Source: a virus. Taken from it: a stretch of DNA of 64,000 bases. Location of the stretch: positions 1-64,000 of the IMG/VR virus record IMGVR_UViG_3300025617_001484; one strand, given 5' to 3'. The notes under the pieces are model-generated. The model made no database searches. It worked only from the letters and a program-made list of their open reading frames with translations, and had not been told where the DNA came from. Positions 28,623 through 38,341 of the stretch are shown here, piece after piece; position 1 is the stretch's first letter; each line of letters begins with the position of its first letter. The translations under genes and the position numbers were made by a program.

Positions 28623-29075
28623 TTAATTCAATAGAATTTTTAAATTTCCCATATTACCAATGTTAGTGATCAAAACAGGACCTAGTTGTACATCAACACC
28701 AACAGAAACCTTTTGATCAACTATAAGTTTTGCTAAACCTCTTATGATAGTTTCAACAAGAATTTTCGATTTTTTCTGTAAATCCATTTGGTGTATTATA
28801 GCTAATTCCTCCAAAAGGGATTCAATTTCTGGTGCATCAATTTGATAATCTATAAGATCATAGACTTCTTTTTCTATCTTGTAATAGTCTTCACCATCTA
28901 ATAAAATATTAGCTCCACCTTCTTCATTTTTAATTATGGTACCATTTAAACCAAGAATAGTTGAAAATGAAATTACGCCGTTGTCTTCCCGAGCAACCAA
29001 TGAGGGTGAATCCTTTTCAAGAAAAACCTCTAGTGCTCCATAAACAAGGTCATTATGTTTTTTAGTAAATTCCAT
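28623..29075 (-). CDS. Hypothetical protein
   Basis: 150 aa ORF packed between the two nucleotidyltransferase genes. Confidence 0.6.
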   Translation of the reverse strand: MEFTKKHNDLVYGALEVFLEKDSPSLVAREDNGVISFSTILGLNGTIIKNEEGGANILLDGEDYYKIEKEVYDLIDYQIDAPEIESLLEELAIIHQMDLQKKSKILVETIIRGLAKLIVDQKVSVGVDVQLGPVLITNIGNMGNLKILLN

Positions 29076-29987
29076 TTATTTTATCTCAGTTGGAATATCA
29101 AAATCCCCATTAATTAAATACCTTTCTAGATTATCTCTAATCTCCTCTTTCTTATCTGCATGTAAATAATCGGGGGAGGAAACTATTTTCCAGGCATCTT
29201 CAAAAGATTTAAGATCCACCTTATTGACACCGCTACCAAACATCATTTCCACAAATTTGTCAGGGTCCCTGGTTATAAGTGAGGTTTCACCCTTAATGGT
29301 CTTTGGATTTTTTAGTCTTTTGGTTGCACCTCGGAAAGATTTTTTATTCTTGTATATTCCATCGCTTAGTCTAAGAGCATAAGAATAAAAATCCTCTATT
29401 TCTCCATCATCATCCTTAGAGATAACCTCCTTCAGTGCGGAAAGAATAGATTGGAAAAGCCAGTTTCTGTGTGCAGATTTATATTTACTCTCGTTTTTCC
29501 TATAGTCTGGTGAATAGAATATGAATTTAGCCCATTCCATATCAGCTATCGGTATAAGGTCAAGCTGTACTATTCCTTTAGACTCGTCTCCTTCTATAGG
29601 CCAACCAATTGAGAGTACGTTAATCCCCCTCATCAATTTTAGGTCTGGAACAAATCCAAGCTTATTGTGGAGTGTTTCGGAAAGGTTCTTATACAAAGCA
29701 CCGAGAACATCATCCTCAGAAACACCCAAGCTTTTCGAGAGAAATTTCTTATCTATCCCGAGATCAATATCACCAGAGGTATCACTTTGGTTTTTCTTTT
29801 TACCTATACTTCCAATAATTAGATACTCTTTGTCAATCTCTCCCCCACCTAGTATAGGAAAGAGTATACTTTTGATAGACTCAAGTGTTTTTGGAACCTC
29901 GCTCTCCCTTATCCTTCTGGAATCCTTGATAGCAGCTCCACCTTCGAAGAGATTTATATAATCTCCAAACTTTACTAAATTTCTCAT
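29076..29987 (-). CDS. Pol-beta superfamily nucleotidyltransferase
   Basis: IGSIGKK...SGDIDLGID (GS...DxD) and a third acidic residue in VQLDLI. Leader MRNLVKFGDYINLFE precedes GG. Confidence 0.75.
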   Translation of the reverse strand: MRNLVKFGDYINLFEGGAAIKDSRRIRESEVPKTLESIKSILFPILGGGEIDKEYLIIGSIGKKKNQSDTSGDIDLGIDKKFLSKSLGVSEDDVLGALYKNLSETLHNKLGFVPDLKLMRGINVLSIGWPIEGDESKGIVQLDLIPIADMEWAKFIFYSPDYRKNESKYKSAHRNWLFQSILSALKEVISKDDDGEIEDFYSYALRLSDGIYKNKKSFRGATKRLKNPKTIKGETSLITRDPDKFVEMMFGSGVNKVDLKSFEDAWKIVSSPDYLHADKKEEIRDNLERYLINGDFDIPTEIK

Positions 29988-30475
29988 TACTTTACATCAA
30001 AATAGCTAGAAGCAGAAAAAACATAGTCCTTATAGAGTTTCTGCTCTCTTCCCTCTGGATTGTTTATATCAAATCCCTTTCCAAAGGTGGATCTACCCTT
30101 AAGGATAGCATTTTTATAAAACTCCTCATAGTCTTTGTCCTTGTTTTTCCCAGAAGCTTTGATCGAGTCTCCCCATCTAGAAAGAACCTGTTCTTTATTT
30201 TTCTCAAGACCATCTGCATCCATACTGGCAGCTTTTCCAGAATCAAAAAGATCAGCAATTCCCTTTCCTATTTTTTGAAGTCCTTCTACAGCACCTTTTA
30301 CAAGTCTCTGTAAAGCACCTCCTTCGTCATAGGTCATCTGGTAAAGTTTTTCCTCACCAGTTTCAGCTTCAATTCTCCTTCTGATTTCTTTAATACGAGC
30401 GTTTGCTCCTGGATATTCATCAGCTTCTAGTATGAACTGCCCAAAGTTTTTAAGGTTCTGCATCTTTTTCCTCAT
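29987..30475 (-). CDS. Hypothetical protein with a capsid-targeting-like leader
   Basis: (MRKK)MQNLKNFGQFILE; GATATATA at 30482..30489. Confidence 0.7.
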   Translation of the reverse strand: MRKKMQNLKNFGQFILEADEYPGANARIKEIRRRIEAETGEEKLYQMTYDEGGALQRLVKGAVEGLQKIGKGIADLFDSGKAASMDADGLEKNKEQVLSRWGDSIKASGKNKDKDYEEFYKNAILKGRSTFGKGFDINNPEGREQKLYKDYVFSASSYFDVK

Positions 30476-30500
30476 TTATCCTATATATCGGACAAAAGAG

Positions 30501-32024
30501 TTAAAGCTTAACATTAAAAATCTTATACTTGAACTTTTCGTTCTTATAGATCTCTATCCTAGCTTCACTGTGCTTCATGAGATAGTTCTTGTATCTAGGA
30601 GAAGAAAAGTCATCGACAAAGTCAATAACGTTCACTTTTTCCTTTCCTTCCATCTTTCTCATTCCTCTACCTAAGCTTTGCTTGATGAGTACTTCACTCT
30701 TATAAGATTCAACTAAGAAAATGTTGTGTAAATTATTAATGGAGATACCGGTAGAAAAGGTACCATAGGTTGCAACAAGTATTTTGTTTTCACCAGCAGA
30801 CATTCTTGACTTATATTCCTCCCTAAGTGACTCGTCTGTGTCTCCATCAACGTAGAATACTTCTTTGTCATTGGTTATTTCTCTCAGCCTATTCCATATC
30901 TGTTTACCATACTCGTCCTTTACTGATTGAAAGAGCACCAGTGAATTTTTAGAGGTTTTAGCAATGAAATCAACGACATACTTTAACCTTTTATCACTTT
31001 CTATTACAAGCTTTCTCTCAAGGTTGTACAGTTCGTTTCCCTCTAAATTTTGAGAATTTGCTTTCAGATCAGAAAGCTTCTGCTTAATCTCTTGATCCAG
31101 CCAGTCCAGTCTAACAACCTTTATATGAACCGGGGTTGCATGTTTATTTTTGAAAAGAAAATCTGGAGATATTTCAACAACTACAGGTCCTAAGAATTGC
31201 TGTATGGTCAAATGATCTGCTGAACCTCTTTTGGTTAGTGTTCCCGTGAGGCCGAATCTCCATTTACTGTGCATGCACTTAGCAACAATCTTTTTGATTG
31301 ACATCGAGTTTGTGTGATGAGCTTCGTCTACAAATACAGCATCTATTTCTTCAAAGAAATCTTCATCCTTCTTAACCAAAGACTGGAAAGTTCCTATTAT
31401 AAGATCACATCCTTCCCTCAGTTTACTACCTCCACCAATTTGCTGTATTCTCACACCAAGATCACTAATGCCATAGTCAATAAAGTCATCATTTCCCTGG
31501 AACACTAGGTTTGTATTAGGCACGATCATTAAGAACTTTCTAATCATGCCCCTCTGCTTTAAAAAAGCAAAAATCATGAAGGAGATTAATGTTTTTCCAG
31601 AAGACGTAGCAATCTCAGATACAGAGTACCTAAATTTGACAATCTTCCAAGCAGCTTCTATCTGATAGTCTCTGGGCTTTATCTCCTTATCTTCGAAAAA
31701 TTCGTTAACCCATCCCTGAAATTCCTCCAGCGATAAGTCACCTAATATTAAATTGTCAAGTCCATCTATATTAATCGTAATATCAAACTCATTTCCGATC
31801 TCCATGACCTCTCTCCATAGACCAACGGGTACTTTCCAGAAACCTCCCCTCTTCTCAATAAAGCATATGTTTCCGTCCCAGATTTTCTTTTTTACCAATG
31901 GATGAAAATACCAATTGTGTATTTTCTTAGTCAAAGATATCTCTATCTGTCTTTTTTCGATTTCGTCCTCAGCCTGTGTTAGTATAAGCCATTGTTGATC
32001 CTCAGATACATTAAACCTCAACAT
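30501..32024 (-). CDS. uvsW: UvsW-like SF2 DNA helicase
   Basis: PRDYQ, ATSSGKT, VDEAH, GLTGT, YGTFSTGISI and QSLGRGMR; the N-terminal WDG motif is also seen in UvsW. Confidence 0.9.
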   Translation of the reverse strand: MLRFNVSEDQQWLILTQAEDEIEKRQIEISLTKKIHNWYFHPLVKKKIWDGNICFIEKRGGFWKVPVGLWREVMEIGNEFDITINIDGLDNLILGDLSLEEFQGWVNEFFEDKEIKPRDYQIEAAWKIVKFRYSVSEIATSSGKTLISFMIFAFLKQRGMIRKFLMIVPNTNLVFQGNDDFIDYGISDLGVRIQQIGGGSKLREGCDLIIGTFQSLVKKDEDFFEEIDAVFVDEAHHTNSMSIKKIVAKCMHSKWRFGLTGTLTKRGSADHLTIQQFLGPVVVEISPDFLFKNKHATPVHIKVVRLDWLDQEIKQKLSDLKANSQNLEGNELYNLERKLVIESDKRLKYVVDFIAKTSKNSLVLFQSVKDEYGKQIWNRLREITNDKEVFYVDGDTDESLREEYKSRMSAGENKILVATYGTFSTGISINNLHNIFLVESYKSEVLIKQSLGRGMRKMEGKEKVNVIDFVDDFSSPRYKNYLMKHSEARIEIYKNEKFKYKIFNVKL

Positions 32025-32032
32025 TCTCCTTT

Positions 32033-32479
32033 TTATTTTATAGTACTCGCTCTTAAATAGTCCTCAAGAGCTATTCTGGATTTTATACCATACAACATAT
32101 GATCAACAGTCTGGATAGTTTGGTCTATAAATTTTCTATGTCCCTCCACTAATTGTATTTTTTCAACTATATCAGAAACGTCTCCCTCTATGAGAAGCTT
32201 AGTTTCGTTGGATCCATATCTTACATCGCTATTGGTTGTATAATCCCTTAGTTTAGAAGCTCTAAGCTTTCTCTCCTTTGTTGCTAGTTTACTCACAATC
32301 TGTGCAAGTTTATAGCTATATTCTAGTAAAATTTGTCTATTTGAAAAAAGGTCAACTTGAGCTTCTGCAACAGTTCTAATGCTTTTCAAACTCAAAGCAA
32401 TAACTTGTATTTTTTCCTTCCACTCACCTCTTTCTATTTCAAAGAGCTTTGCATAGTCTGTTTTCTGTTGTTCTGACAT
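32033..32479 (-). CDS. uvsY: UvsY-like recombination mediator
   Basis: 148 aa helical protein next to uvsW; 'RYGSNETKLLIEGD...YGIKSRIALE' resembles the T4 UvsY C-terminal half. Confidence 0.65.
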   Translation of the reverse strand: MSEQQKTDYAKLFEIERGEWKEKIQVIALSLKSIRTVAEAQVDLFSNRQILLEYSYKLAQIVSKLATKERKLRASKLRDYTTNSDVRYGSNETKLLIEGDVSDIVEKIQLVEGHRKFIDQTIQTVDHMLYGIKSRIALEDYLRASTIK

Positions 32480-32480
32480 A

Positions 32481-32711
32481 TTAAAATAATTCGTTGCCTT
32501 TTTTCTTATTAGTATTTTTTCCCAATTTTATTTCCTTTACAGAAGATTTTCTTAGCCTCGGATTTCCTATATCTATATTAACCTTCTCTATCTCCAAGGA
32601 TTCGTCACCAATACTTGCAAGAAAAGTAACAGGGAATTTCAGATCACCGTTATTTTCATCTAATCCTTCTTCCCATTCTTGGGTTTGGTCTATAGTTGGC
32701 ATATCAAGCAT
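32481..32711 (-). CDS. Hypothetical protein
   Basis: 76 aa ORF between primase and uvsY. Confidence 0.5.
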   Translation of the reverse strand: MLDMPTIDQTQEWEEGLDENNGDLKFPVTFLASIGDESLEIEKVNIDIGNPRLRKSSVKEIKLGKNTNKKKGNELF

Positions 32712-33765
32712 ATATGAAATCGGATAAATCGAGAATCTCCTCAGTAAAATAATTATCCAATCTCTTTATTTTGATCCTCTTAGCACGGAGGTAGTTTACA
32801 AGATCGTTTAAATCCCATTTCTTATTTATCGGAAGGTCGTGATCAACTAAAAATTTCTTCCAGTTGAACACTTTTTTTCCATCGGATAAAAGTTCCGAGT
32901 GTTTTTGTCTTCCTGCCCTATCCCAGTCATACCAGTATTGTACATTCTCAACGTCAAACGGGAATTTGTTTTCTATAGAGCACAAAGCCACCGAATTTTT
33001 CCAAAGCCAAGAATCCATGGGTCCCTCAAAAATTGTTATGGTTCTATCGAAGGATATTCTACCAACATTGAAAACAGAAGACACTGGATCAATTTTCTTT
33101 GCCTCTTCTATAAGGTTAAGGTCTTTGGTCTTTAGTAATTTTTCCCATATACCACTAAGCTTATACGTATAATACTTAGATCCGTAGTTTGAATCCATGT
33201 TTCTGAACTGGAGCCCTAATATCTCATTATCCTTAGTAAGATTAAATAAATACAGTTTACCAGTCTCTGGGTCCCAAGCAAATTTTTCATCCGCCTGCTG
33301 ATTTCTTCTTATGAGGTATCTTTCAATTTTAGATCCAGCAACTTCTTGCAATTTCATAGATTCCATAAAGAAATCTCTTGGAATAACTACGGACTTAAAA
33401 TCAGTGTCGAAGAAAAATGCTATATCAACATCTCCATAGGTGGTTTGTCTCTTCTCCTTTCCCTTTTTTATAAGATCTATAATATCCCTTTTTTCGTCTC
33501 CTTCTAGCTGTGAAGCTATATGAAAGTCCCTGAATAGTGAATAAGCATCCTTATAAATGCCGCATCCTCCATTATAACATTTGTATGTAAGAGTATCTAT
33601 GTAGAAGTTACCTCTTTTTTTCCTAGAAGTAGTACTATCACCACAATAGGGGCAAGAAATATTTAACCTATTTCCCGCTTCATAAATGTTTTGTTTCCCA
33701 GGATTACCAGCAAATTCTTTCCTTAAAATACCACCTAAAAGCTCCTTTATTCTTACAAGATCCAT
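32704..33765 (-). CDS. gp61: DNA primase (gp61-like)
   Basis: Zn finger CPYCGDS...YKCYNGGC, TOPRIM IFEGPMDS and DWD, plus WDLNDL. Confidence 0.9.
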   Translation of the reverse strand: MDLVRIKELLGGILRKEFAGNPGKQNIYEAGNRLNISCPYCGDSTTSRKKRGNFYIDTLTYKCYNGGCGIYKDAYSLFRDFHIASQLEGDEKRDIIDLIKKGKEKRQTTYGDVDIAFFFDTDFKSVVIPRDFFMESMKLQEVAGSKIERYLIRRNQQADEKFAWDPETGKLYLFNLTKDNEILGLQFRNMDSNYGSKYYTYKLSGIWEKLLKTKDLNLIEEAKKIDPVSSVFNVGRISFDRTITIFEGPMDSWLWKNSVALCSIENKFPFDVENVQYWYDWDRAGRQKHSELLSDGKKVFNWKKFLVDHDLPINKKWDLNDLVNYLRAKRIKIKRLDNYFTEEILDLSDFIYA

Positions 33766-33789
33766 ATAAACCCATTTAATTTTAGTTAA

Positions 33790-33828
33790 AAAAAGAAAAG
33801 GGGCAGCAATTCACATTGCTAGCCCCTA
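33790..33828 (-). terminator. Rho-independent terminator after the SSB gene
   Basis: AGGGGCAGCAAT-TCAC-ATTGCTAGCCCCT hairpin (one bulge) next to an A tract on the plus strand. Confidence 0.7.
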
Positions 33829-33839
33829 TTCAGGTAGAT

Positions 33840-34796
33840 TTAGAGATCTGCGTATAGGTCGTCTAGAGACGATGATGTTTCTGGTGCTGGTGGTTGACTA
33901 ATTCCAGATTCTTTCTTAGCCGGCTCTGAGCCTACCTTAGTTGAAGAAGCCTCTTGGTAAAAGTCATTAGAAGAGCTAGTAGAAGATGTTGTAGGAGAGC
34001 TAGTCTGATTAGCTCCTCCGAGTACCTCATTAACTAATCTACCGTCAGGAACTGTGTTTTTAATTACGTTCATAACTCGATCAGCTGTATTTTCGTCCCA
34101 GTCTTTATATTCGAATTGTGTCAAATTATCAGGACCCGTTTTTAAATACTCCATGATAGTATTCATGTCATCCTGATTTTTTTCCATCCTCTTGCCATTA
34201 ATTTCAATAGGTCCTCTATCACCCACAAAAGAACAAAGGTCATAGTTATTCCATTCTCCAACTTTTCTAGTATGTACTGAGAAAAGTTTTCCTTCAAATA
34301 GATCAAAAGGGTTGCACGTGTCTCCATATTCTGGCTTAAGTTGTGCTTCTAACATGTCATTAAGCTTTCTACCAAATTTGAAGATCATTATTTTACCTTC
34401 AATCTCAGGGTTGTTTTTATCCTGTACAATCTGAATTAAAGAGTAGTAATCTTCTTTTCTAGAAAAGCTTCTTGAAAGTTCCTGATCAGCAGCTGAATGT
34501 GAGTTCTTAAGCTTCCAGAACATGTCCTTAAGAACAGACTTTTTACCAACTGTTGATGGACAGTCTACTGGAAATCCATCGCCTGTGCTTGGATCATTTA
34601 AGTACACGTAGTACTTATGAATTTTTGACTTTGTAGGGTCAACGTGATTAGGAAGAAAACGGATCAAAGATTTATAAACTCCATCCTTCCCGTTTTCGGG
34701 GTATGGTTTGTAAAATTCTGTTCCTTCTGAATTCTCCTTTTTTGTTTTTGTTACGAACGCCTCAGCGTCCAAATTGAAAATGTCTAAATTGCTCAT
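33840..34796 (-). CDS. gp32: Single-stranded DNA-binding protein (gp32-like)
   Basis: IRFLP, KIMIFKFGRKL, NPFDLFEG, WNNYD and an acidic tail SLDDLYADL. Confidence 0.88.
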   Translation of the reverse strand: MSNLDIFNLDAEAFVTKTKKENSEGTEFYKPYPENGKDGVYKSLIRFLPNHVDPTKSKIHKYYVYLNDPSTGDGFPVDCPSTVGKKSVLKDMFWKLKNSHSAADQELSRSFSRKEDYYSLIQIVQDKNNPEIEGKIMIFKFGRKLNDMLEAQLKPEYGDTCNPFDLFEGKLFSVHTRKVGEWNNYDLCSFVGDRGPIEINGKRMEKNQDDMNTIMEYLKTGPDNLTQFEYKDWDENTADRVMNVIKNTVPDGRLVNEVLGGANQTSSPTTSSTSSSNDFYQEASSTKVGSEPAKKESGISQPPAPETSSSLDDLYADL

Positions 34797-34836
34797 GATT
34801 CTCTTAATTGTTTTTTTTAAATCCTTTATTTAATCT

Positions 34837-35619
34837 CTAAGTGCTCCAAAAGTTTCCCTTAGATTCTATATATCCATAACTTTTTTTAATAATTTCCTCT
34901 CCAACAACCTCAGTTTCCCAAACTTTTTTGCCTCTAAGAGACACTTTTACCAAAGGTCTGGTCAAATTATATTCAGAGGATTTGATATGATGTCTTAATA
35001 GTGTCTCGGGATGGAAATAGATACCAGATAAAATATACTCTTCCATAAAATCAAACATCATACAGTAATATTCCATAGAGTCCCTATCTCCCCATGCAAA
35101 GATGTCATTGACTCCTCCCTTCCAATCATAACCAGGTGGAATACGGATAGTGTTTAGGTTAGAATCCAGAGGAATATGATTGTGTATTTTGATATCCATT
35201 CTTCCCTTTATTACATAATCATACCTTTCACCCAAGAGGTCTTCATACTCTTTCATCAAAAGGAATGCTTGCTTTATCTTATACCACATCAAGAAAACAG
35301 ACACTGGGTTAATCTCTCCTGTTTGTGGTCCAAATTTTTCATAGCTCCAAGCTTTTTCTATAAGGGAGCTAATACCAGCAGATTCAAAATCATCAGTTTT
35401 TAATGACTTTGGAGAATAAAGTTTAACAAGGGTATCAATTGACAACGTGTCAGTGAGGTGTTGCGTTTCTGCGTGCAAAGACCCATTGATGGAATCTGAA
35501 GGGTTCCAGGTGGAAATAAAAACATCAGCATTAAATCTATCCAATATCCTTCCCTTTATGTAGGGATAGGTATCACTAGCTTCCCTAATTTGTCCAGGTA
35601 GGAGGAGAGCAACTTTCAT
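34837..35619 (-). CDS. Putative glycosyltransferase-like protein of polysaccharide loci
   Basis: MKVALLLPGQIR...DVFISTW...MWYKI...YDYVIKGRMD...NDIFAWG...HPETLL pattern; last gene of the sugar operon. Confidence 0.55.
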   Translation of the reverse strand: MKVALLLPGQIREASDTYPYIKGRILDRFNADVFISTWNPSDSINGSLHAETQHLTDTLSIDTLVKLYSPKSLKTDDFESAGISSLIEKAWSYEKFGPQTGEINPVSVFLMWYKIKQAFLLMKEYEDLLGERYDYVIKGRMDIKIHNHIPLDSNLNTIRIPPGYDWKGGVNDIFAWGDRDSMEYYCMMFDFMEEYILSGIYFHPETLLRHHIKSSEYNLTRPLVKVSLRGKKVWETEVVGEEIIKKSYGYIESKGNFWST

Positions 35620-36056
35620 CGATATAAAGAGATGTAATCAGAGCAAATCCCATAGCATCCTTCTACGGGATCCTCATAAACTTCAGGCAAAACAGCAATA
35701 CTGTTTTTAATTGGTTGATTACCTGGATAAGCCCAAACAAATCCCCCCGTGGTTATTGTTACGAGGTCGCTTTGGTGCCAAAAAACATTAAGTGTGGGAT
35801 AATCCTTAAGATAAATTAAAGCTGGTATATTTTTGCAATGAACCCAAAGACTTTCACTTCTTTTCAGGAGCCACTCGAGGGTTATTTTATTTTCGGGAAA
35901 GTCATGTCCAAGATAAATTGACGTACCGTCTATCCATACGTCAATCTCAACATCGTAACCCGAATCCAGTGCTTCCTGTATATAACAAGTTGTATTTTCC
36001 CTGCCTGGATCTGGTCCGTTAATATTTCCTCTATGAGAAATTAATTTCGACATCAA
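35616..36056 (-). CDS. Glycerophosphodiester phosphodiesterase-like (PLC-like) protein, short form
   Basis: ISHRGN, EN, GYDVEIDVW, LGHD, WVHCKN and GICSDY. Confidence 0.75.
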   Translation of the reverse strand: MMSKLISHRGNINGPDPGRENTTCYIQEALDSGYDVEIDVWIDGTSIYLGHDFPENKITLEWLLKRSESLWVHCKNIPALIYLKDYPTLNVFWHQSDLVTITTGGFVWAYPGNQPIKNSIAVLPEVYEDPVEGCYGICSDYISLYR

Positions 36057-37288
36057 AAAATTCTATAATCTAGATCCGGTGAAAACTTTCTCTTACCCCA
36101 CTTCTCTATAGCTGCTAAATACTCCTCACCTTCCAGATCTCCATTTATAGATTGTTTCATAGCTAAAGCTCCCGCTCTAGTTCCCATTGGATGACCGTGC
36201 ATTGCTCCACCTACGTTTGCCATCCAATCCACACTACTAAGTGTTTCGTTGATATATTCAACCAGACCCGGGTGCATACCACAGCTTAGTGCAGAAACTA
36301 TATTATATTTCCAAAGAACTTCTAAAGCATCCCTTATCTCCTCCTCATCCTGGTTCATATATCCACCGACCATTCCAGCATGTATAGAGTCTACTCCAGA
36401 CCAACCTGCAATCTTACATATCACTGGCCAATATATGTGATAAGGTGCCCTCCTGTCAGTAAAGAATTTATCACCACTTTTCTGGAAGTGTATCCAGAGA
36501 TTTGGATTCTGTTTACGGATCGCTCTATAAACTCCAAGACCGCTCCACACGTTTATATGAATACCATTACCACCGTTATCAGCAACAAATTTTGCCCTCT
36601 CAAGTGCATATGGGCTATCGCCATTTATACAAAAGCAGTATATAACGTCGGGTGCATTCTCTTTCAACCAAGATGTTATTAGTGGTACTCTTTCTTCGAG
36701 AGGACAGTGGGATGGATTAGCTAGAAGTTCGTCCTCTTTTATAAAGTTAACACCACCATACACCATCTCCTTCACAGCTTCTAGTAGTATCTCAGGAGAC
36801 ATCCCGACCTTAGGCTTTATTATTCCACCAAAGAAGGGTTTTTCATATACCGAGTTGAACTTCCTAAATCCATCTATTCCGTATGCTGGCTTCAATCTAA
36901 AATTTTCTTCCACCATTTCGGGTAAAGTTATGTCCAATACGTTACATTTTTCAATCTCTTCTATATCAACCTGACCGCCAGCTATGTGACATAGGATCTG
37001 AGAAATACCATCTTCCTCCAAATTAATATTTTCAAGAGGAAATGCAATTTTCACAATGCCCTCTTTTAATTTAGAAAGTTCCTCCTCGTTGGCCAAGATA
37101 AAGCAACTATGATCCATAAACATCTGGTCTGTTTCCCAGACACTCCTATTATTTGGATTTCCTATGCTTTGACCTATGGCTAAGTTCCATGAGGCTTCTC
37201 TCAAAGATCTTTTTGAGCCCAAAAAATAAGTTACTATAAAATATTTTTCGAGTGATATCTGTTCAGGTTCTACAAAAATACTTATCAT
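36053..37288 (-). CDS. RuBisCO-like protein (form IV RLP)
   Basis: IIKPKVG (K175/K177 equivalents), GGVNFIKEDE (carbamylated Lys-x-Asp-Glu), SIHAG, SCGMHPG and NVGGAMHGHP; 411 aa. Confidence 0.92.
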   Translation of the reverse strand: MISIFVEPEQISLEKYFIVTYFLGSKRSLREASWNLAIGQSIGNPNNRSVWETDQMFMDHSCFILANEEELSKLKEGIVKIAFPLENINLEEDGISQILCHIAGGQVDIEEIEKCNVLDITLPEMVEENFRLKPAYGIDGFRKFNSVYEKPFFGGIIKPKVGMSPEILLEAVKEMVYGGVNFIKEDELLANPSHCPLEERVPLITSWLKENAPDVIYCFCINGDSPYALERAKFVADNGGNGIHINVWSGLGVYRAIRKQNPNLWIHFQKSGDKFFTDRRAPYHIYWPVICKIAGWSGVDSIHAGMVGGYMNQDEEEIRDALEVLWKYNIVSALSCGMHPGLVEYINETLSSVDWMANVGGAMHGHPMGTRAGALAMKQSINGDLEGEEYLAAIEKWGKRKFSPDLDYRIF

Positions 37289-37608
37289 TCAACTATAAAT
37301 TTATCACCAGGTACTGATGGTGTTTTTACTATAAATACTTCGCAATCTTCAAGGAACACCGGATCTGCTATCTCATCTTTCCTTAAAATAAAGATATCCC
37401 CACCATTCAATTCCTTTCCCTGTATAATCATCTTACCGGACCTAAGGAAATTTATTTCATCCGCCTCTTTATGATAATGTTTTGGCCAGGATTCTCCTTT
37501 AGAGTGATGTTTATAACAGATTTCAAAATCTTCTGTTTGATATGCGACTGGGGAAAAGTTTCCAGCATACCATCCACCTTTCATATCTTCTATTTTAAAA
37601 ATTTCCAT
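37285..37608 (-). CDS. Cupin-domain protein
   Basis: KGGWYAGNF, HYHKEADEIN and VKTPSVPGDK. Confidence 0.75.
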   Translation of the reverse strand: MEIFKIEDMKGGWYAGNFSPVAYQTEDFEICYKHHSKGESWPKHYHKEADEINFLRSGKMIIQGKELNGGDIFILRKDEIADPVFLEDCEVFIVKTPSVPGDKFIVE

Positions 37609-38341
37609 CTTTAACGAGTTTTAAATAATATTCTAGATCATCTGGAGTTCCTATTGGAAAGTGAAGATTATAGAAATAAGGGAGGATTTTCTTTCCCTTT
37701 TTAATCATATAATTATAAGTTGGTGCAACATAGAATTCGTTGTTATACCTATCGTTGCATGATACCATCTCTTCAGCAGATTCAACAAAACAAGAGCCTC
37801 TTTTCCATAAGTGCAATCCATTAGTTGCTATATTGGATATAACTATCTTCTCCTTTACCTCACAAACTTCGCCATTCGGGTCAAGTCTTACGTAGCTATT
37901 CTTCTTAGAAGATGAGAGAAAACAGCCTAAAAGTCCATCACATCCGGTCGTTTCAACAAATCTAATTATATTATCCAGATTAAAATCCCCAATGATCTGA
38001 TCACAATTTATAACTATAAGAGGATCCGAATTATCAATAGCTTCTTTTGCTACCAGGACAGTTGATGCAGGTCCTTCAGTAAGCTTATCTACAGAAAAAA
38101 CACTTCCATCCACACAGATTTCAGAAATGTGATCTTCAAAATCAGAAATAGAAACATACTCCTCGTTTACAACAAATATAAAATTAGCAGAGGGATGCTG
38201 TAAATTTTTGATCACCGACTTTATCATCGATTCACCATTTACATCAATAAAAGGCTTTGGCTCTTTATACCCAGCATCTGAAAATCTTTTACCCGCTCCT
38301 CCAAGGGGTATAAGAATATTAATCTTCTTTGATCTTATCAT
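37595..38341 (-). CDS. Sugar-phosphate nucleotidyltransferase (NTP_transferase, BcbE-like)
   Basis: ILIPLGGAGKRF...PKPFIDV, TEGPA, INCDQ, EK, NNEFYVAP and GTPDD. Start placed at ATG 38341. Confidence 0.88.
   Translation of the reverse strand: MIRSKKINILIPLGGAGKRFSDAGYKEPKPFIDVNGESMIKSVIKNLQHPSANFIFVVNEEYVSISDFEDHISEICVDGSVFSVDKLTEGPASTVLVAKEAIDNSDPLIVINCDQIIGDFNLDNIIRFVETTGCDGLLGCFLSSSKKNSYVRLDPNGEVCEVKEKIVISNIATNGLHLWKRGSCFVESAEEMVSCNDRYNNEFYVAPTYNYMIKKGKKILPYFYNLHFPIGTPDDLEYYLKLVKDGNF

Noticed and set aside
36053-37288. Bona fide CO2-fixing RuBisCO (form I-III)
   Set aside because: The loop-6 Lys and the H294/R295, E60 and N123 equivalents appear substituted. No small subunit or phosphoribulokinase is nearby, and the context is sugar-nucleotide biosynthesis.
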